The notes: generated by a model not told the origin, from the sequence alone. A stretch of 62,914 nt of DNA, filler included, from Octopus bimaculoides (GCF_001194135.2; 5 parts of 5 records of this genome joined end to end with filler, not necessarily neighbours in it); one strand, 5' to 3'; counted from the first letter of the whole stretch, positions 26,181 to 40,191 are shown. Numbers and translations are program-made.

Positions 26181-28929
26181 ACACGCACATATATACATAC
26201 ATATATATCATAAAAGCCCATATAATTTATGCACTTTTTTTTGCAAAGATAAAAATAAACTTTAGTGGGTGTGTCCAGAATTTTTTTAGAAATTTTTTTT
26301 GTTGAAAAAAGACATACAAAACATAAACATTCATATCAGAAGTTGACTCATTTAATGCACTTAAATATAATGAAGTTGACTTTTATTTATGCTGGACAGT
26401 ATACTGCTTACTTTTTCTGTATAAATTTACTATAACCATTAAATGGTTAACTACTTTTATCACAGGTCTATTCACTCCTGGTTGACCTGGTTTGATGCTA
26501 AATAGCAACAACAACTATGACAGCCTCAAAGAAGATTTTGTTCCAAAAGAGGCTTAAGGCCATTGTAGTGTAAGGGACTGCAAAGAAGGAAAATAAGGGG
26601 CCTACAATTTCAAAAGATGTCAAGTGACAGAAAGTTTAAGGGACTTATAGACCAGAGGATTCTTCCTTTCCTCTCTCTTTCTCGATCACTTACCTAGATT
26701 TTAACAATAAAGATTTTCAATTACTCTCTTGGTAATTTAGCTCTAAAAAAGCTCTGATCAAGCAGACCTTTGATAAAAAGTATTCTATTTATGAACATGC
26801 AGTCTTTTTTGTATTTAATGTTTATGTATTTGTTTTGCAAGATTCTTGATGTGAAATTGTGTGTTGAAACAGATATTGTCATATTTCAGGATGGTATTTT
26901 TGTTTTTTGTTTTTTGCCAAGGTGGAGACACATGAGATGGAGAGTTACCGAAGAGATTACAGATGTGTGTTGAAAAATGTTCAGACAAAAGACATAAGAA
27001 CAATAATAAATCTGAAGTGAAGAACGAATATATAGTGCATGTATTTATTTGGCAAAAAATAAAAATGACCATCCCAAAATATAACAATATTTTTGTATAT
27101 AATTATCCATTATATTCTTCGAATTTAAGGGGATAACTGGAATTTAGTTGCTGTTTCTAACAGATTGAGTGACCAAAGAGAAGCTTTGTCATTGTCATCC
27201 TTAGTGACTTCAAGGCACACAGCTTTATCCATTTTGTTTTTTAGCTGTTAACATTTTTAGATTAAAGTTAGTCTCCACAGATGTAATTTTTGATCAAACT
27301 CATGAACCTTGAAACTCTTACTGAACATCATAGATCGATATTATATGCACTTTCTCTTTTCTTATGATAAATTTCTAAACAAAGATTGGTGTTTAAATTT
27401 TATTTACAATTTTCAAGGGTCATGAGTTCGATAAAGGATTACATTGTCTTGCTTTCTTGGACATGGATACATTAAAGCTCTGATCTTTGGCAACTGACTT
27501 GGTAGACACAAACAAGATTATTCACCATCTTTCCAACAACAACCTTGGATACCTTTCTGAATTCTATATGTTTATCACTCAAAAAAACAACACAGTACCC
27601 ATGACTTTCAGAAGCATATTTTCACACCCAAAATTGCTGAAGGATGGAATAAACTGCCCACATCAGTTGTTAGCTATCAGGACACTACAACCTTCAAAAC
27701 TTCCACGCTTCCTGAAAGCTGCCAACTGTACACTCGATGTCCCAACTCCTTTTTTTCTTTTTAATTTAAACAGTTCATTAACTGTTCACTTCCTGTGCAT
27801 ATTTTATGTACTGTTCATGCAGTTTTGGTTACTCTTTCTAATAAGCTGTAGTGCACTTGGGTACTGTATACAATAAGTTCATTATTTTTATCTATGGAGA
27901 TTGACTTTAATTCAAATGTTATTAGCAATGCTCAATAAGTAGAAACAGCTTGGGCCTGTCTCAAGCAAGGAAATAAACAGTGCTATGGCACAATGTTTCT
28001 TCCTTTATGTGCTATGGCACAATGTTTCTTCCATTGTGGAAGGTAGTTTGAGGAAGATTTGGCAGTTATTTCTCACAGGTTGAGAAAACACAAAGATCTG
28101 TGTGTGCTCCATGGGAATAGAGCTTAACACAGACAATTTACAACCAATGAAAGATTTCTATTGGCTAAAATTACATGCTTGTAACTTCATTATTATTAAT
28201 TTCTAGGAAAAGACAGTGAGCTGCTAGAATCGTTAGCATGCCAGGCAAAATGCTTAGCGGCATTTCGTCCATCCTTATGTTCTGACTACAAAATCTTCCA
28301 AAGTTGTTGACTTTACTGTTCATCTTTCCAGGGTTGATAAAATAAGTACCAGTTGAGCACTGGGGTTGATGTAGTTGACTTTAACCCTCCCCCAAACTTG
28401 CTGGTTTTGTGCTGAAATTTGAAACCATTATTAATTTCTAGAAAAAAAAAATGAATGCAATTTTAATCATCAGCAAACAAAACTATATCACAACTACATT
28501 TTTTTGAAAATAATCTAGAGAAAATTTGGAAAACTTCAAGCAGTGAGAAGAAATTTAACAAGATCCACATCAACATTCTTGGTAGAGAAGCCAAACTGTT
28601 AATTAATTAGCTGGATATGTTTACACTAGTTAATGACCAATACAGCGATTCCCCACTCATGGTTTCTTTCACCTCCAAATACATTTACTCACACAAGCCA
28701 ATGTGGCAGACTCCATATGGTTGCTTGGACTGTTAGAAATAGCAACCAAATCTCTATCAAATCACACATACTTGTTGCTTTTAAAGCCAGGGCACTGAAT
28801 TCTGAGATAGGCAGTTACTATAAAGATAGGATGGCCTTCCTTAGAATACCCTCAAAGGTCTGCATGACGAAGGGCTAAACAAGAATTAATGCTTTTACCT
28901 AACAAACACTGTTTTCCTCTCATCACATT

Positions 28930-29203
28930 ATCATCATCATCATCATCGTTTAACGTCCGCTTTCCATGCTAGCATGGGTTGGACGATTTGACTGAGGACT
29001 GGTGAAACCGGATGGCAACACCAGGCTCCAATCTAATTTGGCAGAGTTTCTACAGCTGGATGCCCTTCTTAACGCCAACCACTCAGAGAGTGTAGTGGGT
29101 GCTTTTACGTGTCACCCGCACGAAAACGGCCACACTCGAAATGGTGTCTTTTATGTGCCACCCGCACAAGAGCCAGTCCAGGGGCACTGGCAACGATCTC
29201 GCT
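28930..29203 (-). mobile_element. RTE 3' UTR copy
   Basis: Near-identical to 17881-18190 in reverse orientation. Confidence 0.8.
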
Positions 29204-30589
29204 TGAATCAATATAATATATAATATAGATCAATGGTGATTAATACTGGCAAGAGATCAGACAAGATATTTCCTGAGATCAAGCTGACTGTTACCAAATG
29301 GTACCAAGACGGTAATTCTCATGACACCAAATGTCTCCAAGAGTTTTCTTTAAAACTCATGCTTTAAGACTAAGGAAGGACACAAGAGTGGAATCTGTCA
29401 CATGCAATCATTATCATCACAACTGCCAATATCATCCACTTTTCCATATCAGTGTAGACTGAATACACTGGCATGAAGGCAAATTCTTACACCACTTGAT
29501 TTTGAATCAACCTGTTGGGAGAGGTGGGGGACACACAAAACCCCCAGAGCCCTATTCTTATGTCTTTCTCTCTCCCAGATACCTTTTACTGCCAGTACAC
29601 AGCGGTTTACATGTCCAAGCACCTACCTCTCCTGCATAATGCCTAACCATATTCTTCTAGTTGTTATTTAATCAAAGCAACTTAACTCACAACTTTCCTA
29701 TTGTCATCAATCTATGGTCATTGTTATTGTTGTTGTCATCAAAATCACCTACCTTCTCTTTTTCACCATCATCATTATGTCTGCTCCTTCTATGCTGGCA
29801 TGATTTGGATGAAATTTCTTCAGACAGTATCATATAACCAAATACACTTCTTGGTGTCAATACTTGATTTACTTTTCAAAATCAGGCATTTTATTCTTAA
29901 GTAGTCCTTTACATGTCAAACCACTTGAGTGTGAGTCATACTGTACATGCGTGACAAAGACAAATGTCACTAATGCGCATGTGATGTCGATACGAGGGTT
30001 AGTAACAGGAAGGGCATCTGACAGTAGAAAATCTGCTTCAACAAATTCTGCTTGATCCATACCAGCATGGAAAAGCAGGCATTTAAATGATGATGATAAT
30101 GATGACAGGATGAACACAGCTAGAAAGCCTTTGATTATAGATCTACTCAATCAGAACTGATCTAGAGTTAACTACCAATAACAGCAGCATTCAAAAGAAT
30201 TCACCAACAAAGATGCATCTATGTGATCATTCAATTTGCTACAAACAGCAGCCAAAGCTACCCTCATCTCGCCTTACAGTCTTAAAGAGGAACAGAGATA
30301 GTTGATTATTTGTCTTAGTCATCCTTCCAAATACAAGACGACCATTATTTGACTGCTTTTCATCGTACTTGTATTGTAAATCCTTTCAGAGGTGGTAAAT
30401 CATTATGTTCTCATTAATTAGGTCAGAAGTCATTTAGCAGACCACTCCATCACAATCTATGCTGATGGTCTTGCAGACCCACATTCTACCAAGCCTAGAA
30501 CACACCAAGCTTTAGTTATGTCTTTAATATTCTTTCTTCTGTTCATTAGTGATTGACTTGCTATTTCTTATATCTACACATACATACAT

Positions 30590-31040
30590 GCATATGGATG
30601 AGAACAGCTGTGTAAAGAAGTGCCAATCTCTAAGTGTGGAGGGAACCTGTGGAAGAGGTAGACCCAGAAAGATGAGGGATGAGATGGTGAAGTATGATCT
30701 TCAGATGTTGCGTCTCATGGAGTCAATGACAAGTGACCAAGACTTTTGGTGATTTGCTGTGCTTGAGAAGACACGTCAAGCTCAGTGAAATCATAGTCGT
30801 GGCCAGTGCAGTAACATGTGAAAGGCACACTTGCTGGTGATATGTAAAAGGCACCTGTGTCAATGACACATAAATGTCACTCAATACACTCTGTGGAGTG
30901 GTTGGCATAAGGAAAAGCATCCAGGTATAGAAACCAAGCCAAAACATACTGGAGCCTGGTGCAGCTCTCCAGCTTACCAGTTTCAGTCAAACTAACCCAT
31001 GCTAGCATGAAAACAGATGCTAAATGATGATGATGATGAT
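30590..31040 (+). mobile_element. Older RTE 3' end
   Basis: MDENSCVKKC...GRGRPRK motif, followed by a diverged 3' UTR and (GAT)n tail. Confidence 0.7.
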
Positions 31041-31374
31041 ATACTGACTGCTCTCTTCACTCTTTGCCTTGCTATACACTAGTCCCACTCTAATGGCTCA
31101 AGCTACCATGTTTATATTACTTCCGTGAACACTGACCTCAAAATGACATGATGACCTAGTTTCATTCAAAAATACAGTGACATAATGCCACTGTGCATGA
31201 TCAATATACAACTAAAAAGCCATCAAATATGTTGCAAATGTTTGACCTCAAAACTGTTGACTTTCCATGCAACTTTATATTTGTAACACTGCTAAAATTT
31301 CTCTTCAGAGACCAGAAATTTAATCAGTTGTTGGCTCTCTTCAAGGTTCTCTAAAGCACAATTGAGACTAGAGT

Positions 31375-31752
31375 ATTCTCTTTTACTTGTTTCAGTCATT
31401 TGACTGTGGCCATGCTGGAGCACCGCCTCTAGTCGAGCAAATCGACCCCAGGACTTATTCTTTGTAAGCTTGGTACTTATTCTATCGATCTCTTTTGCCG
31501 AACCGTTGTTACGGGGACGTAAACACACCAGCATCGGTTGTCAAGCGATGTTGGAGGGACAAACACAGACACACAAACATACATATATATATATACATAT
31601 ATACGACGGGCTTCTTTCAGTTTCTGTCTACCAAATCCACTCACAAGGATTTGGTCGACCTGAGGCTATAGTAGAAGACACTTGCCCAAGGTGCCACGCA
31701 GTGGGACCGAACTCGGAACCATGTGGTTGGTAAGCAAGCTACTTACCACACA
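31375..31752 (-). mobile_element. tRNA-derived SINE with internal (TA/TG) microsatellite; further copies near 44140-44540, 55155-55535, 56785-57022, 34260-34512
   Basis: Highly similar repeated blocks. Minus-strand head tgtgtggtaagtagcttgc...ccgggttcagtcccactgcgtggcaccttgggcaagtgtc, read from the 44140, 55155 and 56785 copies; this copy's head is truncated. Confidence 0.8.
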
Positions 31753-34555
31753 TATTGCATACATATCTGAACTAGTTAAGTTGTATAGCATTGCCCCTCC
31801 ATCAAACTCTCCTAATCTATGTAATTTAGCAGACTACATACTACAAGGCATTTTTTGTTGAACACACCCACTTAGTGACCATCCTCTTGTGTGTGTATAC
31901 ACACACACACACATATATATTCATGTCCAGTAAGTTGACCATCATCAGTTCACAGCAGGGAAAGTTCATCATACTCTATTCACCATTTTTTGTCAATTAG
32001 TTTTTAACTATTAATGGTGAGATACTATGGATATATTTCCTTGGTAAACTTTCCTCACGGTGAATTGATAGCAGTGAACTTTCCCCGTGGAAAATTTACC
32101 AGTAATCAAATATATCATCATTTTAATGACCACTTTTTTCTTTTATCCATGCTGCTTAGGTTGAATGAAACTTCTACAGATAATGTTCTATGACTAATGC
32201 CTCCTATGTCAACCATTACTTGTTTTCAGATAAGATACTTTAGTCTACGGGCCTTTATGTTAAAACTGCTGAACTGCAGGCTTAAACAAACCTCACTGGT
32301 ACTCTAAATCATATAGACATGCAGAGACAAATAAACACATATATATGTACAACATATATACATACATACAAATACACATACATATCATCATCATCGTTTA
32401 ACGTCCGCTTTCCATGCTAGCATGGGTTGGACGATTTGACTGAGGACTGGTGAAACCGGATGGCAACACCAGACTCCATATATATATATATGCATACATA
32501 TACATATATACACATACATATACACAAATATATATACATATATCCGTATATATACACACACACACACACATATATGTATATATATATATATATATACATA
32601 CATCTACATACACACATATATATATGGCCTGGCTCTCTGTCAGTTATGATAAGTGATCCAATTGAACTGATCAACCAAACAGCCTGCTCATGAGATTAAC
32701 ATGCCACAGACATGTACCCTTAATGTAGTTCTCAGGGAGATTCAGCATAACCCTGAATGTAACAAGCTTGGCCCTTTGAATTACATGTAAACATTATTTT
32801 CACCAGCTCAGTGGAATGGGGAAATGTGAAGTAAAGTGTCTTGCCCAAGGACACAATGCATTGCTGGGAATTGAACTCAAGACCTTAGGATTGTGAGCTG
32901 AATACTCTAACTACTAAATCACACGTTTTCACTACATATACAAAATAACCAACAGAAAATACGTAACTTGTCACTTCACTTTCAGTTATTATTTTCAGTT
33001 CAGTAATGTAACCAATAGGAGTGATGTGTAACTGAAAAGTGTTTCATAAACTCACAGTCGAGCCAGATATTAATATGAATACATCTAAGGCAGTGAGCTG
33101 GCAGAATTGTTAGCATGCAAGGCAAAATGCTTAGTGGCATTTTGTTTGTCCTTATGTTCTGAGTTCAAATTCCACAGAAATCAACTTTGCCTTTCATCCT
33201 TTCAGGCTCAATAAAATAAGTGCCAGTTGAGCACTGCAGTTGATCTAATCGACTTGCCTCATCCCCCGAACTTGTGGGCCTTGTGTCAAGATTTGACACC
33301 AATATGAATACAACATCTAGTGGTGTTGATGAAGCATTTGCTGAGTTTTCCAATTAGCTTCATTACTACTGTAGTGACTGACTTAAACAAACAAATGAAA
33401 AATATATGATACAATGCACAGGTGTGGCTGTGTGGTTGAGAAGCTTGCTTCATAACCATGAGGTCTTGAGTTCAGATTCACTGCATGGTCGCTTGTACAA
33501 GTGTCTTCTATTAGAGTCTTGGCTGACCAAAGCCTTTTGAGTGGATTTGGTAAATGAAGCCCATTGTGTATATATGTGCACATGTGTGTACATATGCATG
33601 TATACATGTATGTGTATAACCTTGTCTTGACATCATGTGATGATTGTAAATGAGCATCACTGTTTTACAAGCAAGGTTGTTCATTTCCAGTCTTCCATAA
33701 AAAACATGTCTGGTTGTGGGGAAATCCTACATTCCTTGGAACCAGGAAAATTTAATCTGACCCATGCAAGCACAGAAGCAGATATTAAAGGATGATGATG
33801 ATGATGGTGATGCTCCATTTCTTTATAGTAGTAAGCAGTATGAAGAAGCTATGATAAGGTGCTTTATTCTATGGGTCTTTTGTGCTAAAACCACTGTACT
33901 GCAGGATGAAACGAACCTCACTAGTAGTCTACGTCGTATAAAGACATGCAGAAACAAACACATACACATACATATATGTACAACAGTTATACACATACAA
34001 GAAACTTCTGGAGAATTTTCATCTGTTAAATTTCACTTGCAAGGCACTGGTTGATGTGAGGTTATAATGGAAGACACTTGCTCAAGGTGTCATACCATGC
34101 AATGGGATTGGACCTGAAGTCACATGGGCATGATACTTCTAAAGCATAGAACCATGCTTGTCTCTCTATGTGTGTGTCTATGTATCTCTCACTCTCTCTC
34201 TCTCCCTATATGTATATACATATAAACGAGGTCTGATCAATAAGTTTCCAGACTGTTGGCAAGCGATGGCAGGGGAACAAACACAGACACACACACACAC
34301 ATAAATATATACATACATACACACACACACATATATATATAAATAAATATACGATGGGTTTCTTTCAGTTTCTGTCTACCAAATCCACTCACAAGGTTTT
34401 GGTTAGCCCGAGGCTATAATAGAAGACACTTGCCCAAGGTGCCATGCAGTGGGACTAAACACGGAACCATGTGATTGGGAAGCGAGCTTCTTACCACACA
34501 GTCACGCCTATACCTATATATATGTATATAATAAATCTTGAATTTTAAATTATTT

Positions 34556-34561
34556 TTTATT
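34556..34561 (-). promoter_or_regulatory. Candidate polyadenylation signal AATAAA of GPATCH4
   Basis: Plus-strand tttatt at 34556-34561 reads AATAAA on the minus strand, 4 nt after the stop codon. AT-rich context makes chance occurrence possible. Confidence 0.35.
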
Positions 34562-34565
34562 CTTA

Positions 34566-35034
34566 TTATAGATTATGTTTTCTCTTTTTGTGCTTTTTAA
34601 CCTTGTATTTTAATTTAAATCCTTCTTTGGTTGAAACATCATCTTGCTTAGGCAACCAAACTATTTCCTTATCACAGTCTGTTAAATTTTCACTAACAAG
34701 TAATTTGTTTTCTTGAAAGTCTTGATTTTCTGAATCCTGTTTACAATCAACTGTTTCTTCTAAACCCACTTCAACCAAATCATTTTTGTTCTTTTTCTTC
34801 TTCTTTTTCCTCTTTTTAATCAATGTTTCTTCTTCAATATAACCATCGTCATCTAAATTATTTTGCTGCTTCTCAGCCTCAACCTTTGTACGATTTCTAG
34901 AAATGCTAGAAATTTTGGTTTTTGAGATTTGATTTTTATGATTTTTGGCAGTCTCAAGAGATTCCAAGAAGCGTTGTTCTTGTTCTTTAATACGTTGCAA
35001 CTTGCCATTTAGTTGTAATCCATGTCGTGCTGCT
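34566..35034 (-). CDS. GPATCH4: GPATCH4 terminal coding exon (partial gene)
   Basis: Acceptor ttttttcag|A, phase 2. Translates (K)AARHGLQLNGKLQRIKEQEQRFLES...KKHKKRKHNL*, resembling vertebrate GPATCH4 '[25 protein letters not shown]' followed by a Lys-rich low-complexity tail. Stop TAA at 34566-34568. Orthology from recalled sequence, not a search. Confidence 0.85.
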
Positions 35035-35514
35035 CTGAAAAAATGGTTTAAAAATTGATTAATGTAAATATGAACAAAAATACAATTAATGTTTCATATT
35101 ATACAAAATAATTTCTTTTGACTTAACCCTTTAGCTACCAACCCACATGAGATCACCCCCTTGTATGACACAAACCTTCTGTTTCAACTCTTTAGCATTG
35201 AGATTACTCTGTCAAATGTAATGCTTATTTATTCACATTGTTTTGAATTAATCATGCATTATCTTGTGGCTTTGAAATTTCAATAATGTTATTGTAGGGT
35301 ACATGAGAGAAGCCATATCTATCTGGTCTGAACATAAAACAAGTAGAATATTTGGGCCAGATATGGTCAGTTTAAAAGCCAAAAGGCTAAAGTGATGTAG
35401 ATTTTTAAACTTTTGACTTAACCCTTTATCTACCAACCCACATGAGATCACCCCTTGTACGACACAAACCTTCTGTTTTAACCTTTTAGCATTTAGATTA
35501 CTCTGTCAAATGTA

Positions 35515-35921
35515 AAACAAACACCTGGTATGTCAATATAGTGTGTGATGTTGCACCATCGTGAAGTTGCAGAAAATTGTTCAATGCAAGTGCAACAAAT
35601 GATTGCAGCATCTCAACATAATGATCTGAAGTGACAGCCGTTGTGATACCCTCTCCATTTTTGAAAAAGTAACATCCGATGAACCTGTGTGATAAAACTG
35701 CACACCATACCATCACTTTGCTGCTGTGTAAAGGGCGTTCATGAAGTTCTTTAGGGTTGATGTCTACAGGACATAATTTTCAGACATTAATCATTTGGAT
35801 TACTGATTCTTAAAACGCAAGTTGTTTAATTTCTGTCAATAAATCTTTTTTGTTGGATTTAGATTTTTCCTATTTTTGTTGGGTTTTTCAAATGTTCTCG
35901 TTTTTTGGGGTCACCCTATAT
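35515..35921 (-). mobile_element. Tc1/mariner (DD37D-like) transposase remnant in a GPATCH4 intron
   Basis: VWCAVLSHRFIGCYFF...HDGATSHT motif; terminal agggtgacccc. Confidence 0.6.
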
Positions 35922-36876
35922 TACAAAACAGTTTCTTTTAAAAACATTTACAATCAAATTTCTCAACCATATTTCTTTCAACAACTATCTCACCATTACA
36001 AGTATATTGTTCAAACTCACAAACTCAACTATTTACCAAAATACATTATCATTTTAATGGCCACTTTCCCATGTTTGCATGGTATGGACTGAGTTTATCA
36101 AGGCAGATTTTCTACTCAGATGCTCTTCCTGTCACCAGCACTTGCCTGTTTCCATGCAAGGTAGTATTTCCCCTGTGGTCAGACATATTTTCACAGGGTA
36201 CTGGAAATGAACGACATTCATTTCTAACAATCATGTGATGTCAAGACAAGATAAAGCAAACATACACATGCATACACACACATATATATATGTCTATGTA
36301 CATATGTATGTGTGTATTATGCATGTATGTATACAATGGGCTTCTTTCAATTTCCATCTACCAAATCCATTCACAAGGCCTTGGTCGGTCCCAGGGCTAT
36401 AGCAAGTGACCATGATGCTGTGTAGTGTGACTGAACTTGAAACCATGTGGTTGGGAAGCAGAATTATCGACCATTGAAGCTATGGTTTGTATTTCAGGAC
36501 TGGTCAGCATAGTTCTAACCTTATCAGTTATTCGTTTATAACACTTATTTTACTTGTCATGATTACTATGAGAAGTTTACTAGTAAAATTTAGTACAAGG
36601 TACTGAAATTTGACTTTTGAAAGTTGGCTATCACAGAATAGGCCAGCAAGGTAAAATGGATATCGATCCAATGGCTAGTAAAATTTATTACATACATGAT
36701 AAAATTGTTGACTATTCATGGTTCTGACTTAACGGATCACTCCCTCCCACAAAATCCCAGTTTAAATCTGTCAATTTTACATATAAACTTATGACTTCAG
36801 GAATGACTTATTACTTTTAAATTAAATTCATTAGGGAAATAAAGAGCCTCCTTCCTATATTTCAAAGCAAACTTAC

Positions 36877-36927
36877 TTGTGTGCTGTACGACGTCCACAT
36901 ATTTCAAAAAGCTGTTCATCAGTTAAC
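36877..36927 (-). CDS. GPATCH4: GPATCH4 internal exon (51 nt)
   Basis: ctttcttctctag|G...CACAA|gtaagt; encodes LTDEQLFEICGRRTAH(K), matching the GPATCH4 motif LTDEMLLQACEGRTAHK. Phase 2/2 fits both neighbouring exons. Confidence 0.88.
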
Positions 36928-37888
36928 CTAGAGAAGAAAGAAAATGATGATTACAATTATCTTAATTACTATACCATTTTGAAAGTACATTACCTTAAAT
37001 GTCTCCTGAATAATGGTGAAAATATTGCTTCTATTGCATTTTTCTATGTAGTACCTACCTACCTATCTTGATTGCTGTATTTTGGCTAAGAGGAGGTGGA
37101 AAATCTGAGTCACATGAGAATTTTAACATTAGTGTCAAGTGTCCCAATGATAACTGTATTACACTTGGCCTACATTGTTGTGAAAAGGTGAACAGTTGGA
37201 GAGATATCCAGTTATAGCAGTTCCAGCCAAAATCTCAAAACTATAAGCTAGAAACACTGAAATGTATAAAAATGAGCTAACAACATAAAGCATGCTAGAA
37301 AAAGAATGAAGCATGTTGTTACAAAAAGATACTATATTGCCAACATATTCAAGTCATGCTAACATGGAAAAATAAGTATAATATTTGATGGTAACGATGA
37401 TGATGATGAGAATAACAATAATTATGAAGTTCCTATGAAATGAAAGAGTACCGTTTCTTTTGAACCATTGTCTAATGAAAGAGTATTATTTTTCTTGTTC
37501 GCTTTTTTCTAAAATGAAAACCTGTAATATTGGTTTCACTTTTTCACACAAGGCCAGTGATTTCAGGGGAGGGGGATAAGTTGATAGTATCAATCCCAGT
37601 GATCAACAGGTATTTATTTGACCCTGAAAGGATGAAATGTTAAGTCAACCTCGGCAGAATTTGAATTTAGAATGTACAAATGGATGATATGATGCTAAGC
37701 ATTTTGCCAGCTCACCACCTTAAGAATATCTATAATATTGTTACCTCATATCATACCCCTGTATCTGAACTATACCCTGTCAAAGGACAAAATATACAAT
37801 GATATGAAAGATTAGTAAGAGCTAATTCCAGTAACCAGAGAAATCCTCTAATGATTAGTAACATGTGATTCTTATCATCCTCTCTGAC

Positions 37889-38112
37889 TTAACCCATTTG
37901 TTACCATATTTCTGTTAACATATGATGCCTTTGTTTCAATTAATTTCTAAAATAATGGAGAATTTAGTAAAATAACTTTCTCATTAAGCTGGGGCCTGGA
38001 ACAATTTAGCATAAAGTTTTGATGGAAGATTATAATTTAAACCATTTTAAAACAGTAAGTTTATGTTATAGACCTTGGGGTGGTCTCAGGTAGGTTGGTA
38101 TCAAAAAGTTAA
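37889..38112. mobile_element. TTAA-flanked MITE-like element (piggyBac-type ends)
   Basis: ttaacccatttgttacc ... gttggtatcaaaaagttaa; imperfect termini. Confidence 0.45.
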
Positions 38113-40102
38113 TGAAGGATGCCTTATCTATGATTTTGTAGTGGGATCTTCCAGCTTGATGAGACTGATGTGGTTAGCGTTCAGTTTCTCTTCTATAAGT
38201 TCATGTCTCAAAGAAAAACTATTGCAGTTCTGGAGAGGATTAGTTTAATGCAGAATAGGAGAAGGACAGGCATGATAGAGTTGAAAGGAAGAGAGTAAGG
38301 TGAGCTTGCTGTAGAAGGTAAAGTAGCTACTTTAGGGCCAGTGGTTAAAGCATACTATTAAGTGAATTTTTGTCAATCAGTAGATGGATTTAAAAAAAAT
38401 CTGATCTAAAATGTTTGCATTTGTATAAAAACAGTCCAATTTCAGATATGTGGGACATCTCTAATGTGGGTTATCTGAGAGATATGTAAGGGGTCAGCAA
38501 ATAATCAGAGTTGAAATATATTTTGACTCTGAAGTGGATGCTTAATTTTTGATACATATATTAGGAATGTGAGGTTGCTACGAGAGAACAACAAAGATTT
38601 GAAGTAACTTTGTGGGCTTTAGTTGTGCGTTGCTTATGCAGAGAAAAGGTGTAGTGCAAGACTTGTTTCTTTGATTGAAACATGTGATAATTATATCTTG
38701 AAGCTGTTAAAAGAGACTAGGCTGTAATGTTGTGTCTCATATTAAATGATGTTTTCTAAGTCTGTATTCATGGAAGCTGTGGAAATCTAAGTTGCATGTG
38801 GATGCTTTGGAAACTGGATCCAACATCAATAATTTTCCTCATCAGAATAATAGTTACCTCTGTAGCGACATTAACATTTACAAACTGAGATTTTTTTTGT
38901 ATATTGTACTGTTCTGATAAAGAAATAACATGCTGTTTGTAGAAGAGGAAAATTTAAGATCAAATCTCAAGACACAAATCATTAGAGAAGTGACTACAAA
39001 AACTGGAATACCTGCAACAACTGACTTACTTCTAGGTAATAATAGTGGTTATAATGGAAATAAATGAATAAATGAGTATTAGCAAGCACAGCAAGAATAT
39101 TGACACACAGCCTACTTGGCTAAGTATTATATTTGAGATATATTATCTACTGTCATTAGTAAGATTAGCTACAAAGATCAATTGCTTGATTTGTAAAAGT
39201 GGTTTGCTTTAGCTGATGAGACATTACTTCTTTAATTGCAAAATTAAATTTCATGTTTATTTTTGTAATGATATTAAATATCTACCAAAAAATAGAATTG
39301 GTATTTCTGCAAACCAAATGGCCTCAATAAACTTGACATATCTTATCAAGCATGACATTCCTTAACAAAAGGTAGACTGGTATATAAAACTGCTTTCCAC
39401 AGTTAAGGGTAATGGATATATCTGATATGAGTGGATATATCTGATTTGTGCAGTAAAAGGATTAAAGAAATGCAGCACATGTAAAATGTGTGACTCAGTG
39501 GTTAAACACTAAATCTGAGACTGGCTGAAAATATATGAAACCAATAGAAGCATATTGACTTATTCTGATACCTTTCAGAATCATCATCATCATTTAACAT
39601 CTGCCTTCCATGCTGGCATGGGTGGGACGGTTTGACAGGAGCTGGCCAGACAGAAGCCTGCACCAGACTTCTGTGACTGTTTTGGCAGGATTTTTACAGC
39701 TGGATGCCCTTCCTAATACCAACCACCCAGCAGAGTGGACTTAATACTTTTTACATGGTACAAGCACAGGCGAGGTCAGTTTTGGCAAGGTTTTTATAGC
39801 TGGATGCCCTTTCAAATGCCAACCACTTTACAGTGTGGCCTGGATGCTTTTTAAGTGGCACCTGCACTGACAGAGTCACCAAGTAACCTGGAAGACAAAA
39901 ATCTTTTGAGAGTGGAGGAGGCATTGGAGGAGGTGATCTTGTGTCAGATGATGAAAGGCTATAGTGAGACAGAGAGACAGAAACAGGTGTCTTGCTGTAG
40001 AGGAGGTACAAGGTTACCTGGCCCTGGGCAGGAGGAGACAGAGAGAGAGAGAGATCAGGAATGAAGACAGAAACAGAACATGTGAAGTAAACATTAACTT
40101 AC

Positions 40103-40191
40103 CTGGGAGGGCAGTTCTGAGAAACTTCAGGCTGTGATTCACTAACAGCTTCTTCAACTATTCCTGTGTGCTTTGAATACTGAGTTGATCC
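40103..40191 (-). CDS. GPATCH4: GPATCH4 internal exon (89 nt)
   Basis: ttaatctag|GGA...CCCAG|gtaagt; only phase 0 is open: GSTQYSKHTGIVEEAVSESQPEVSQNCPP(R). Ends in phase 2 and joins LTDEQ in frame. Sequence is poorly conserved, so support comes from splice sites and phase. Confidence 0.7.

Noticed and set aside
38943-39035. Plus-strand AG/GT-bounded 93-nt segment (EENLRSNLKTQIIREVTTKTGIPATTDLLL) in phase with the first mucin exon
   Set aside because: A TIL of this type should be preceded by a Cys-rich C8 domain, and this peptide has no Cys. It also lies across the unsized gap inside a GPATCH4 intron.
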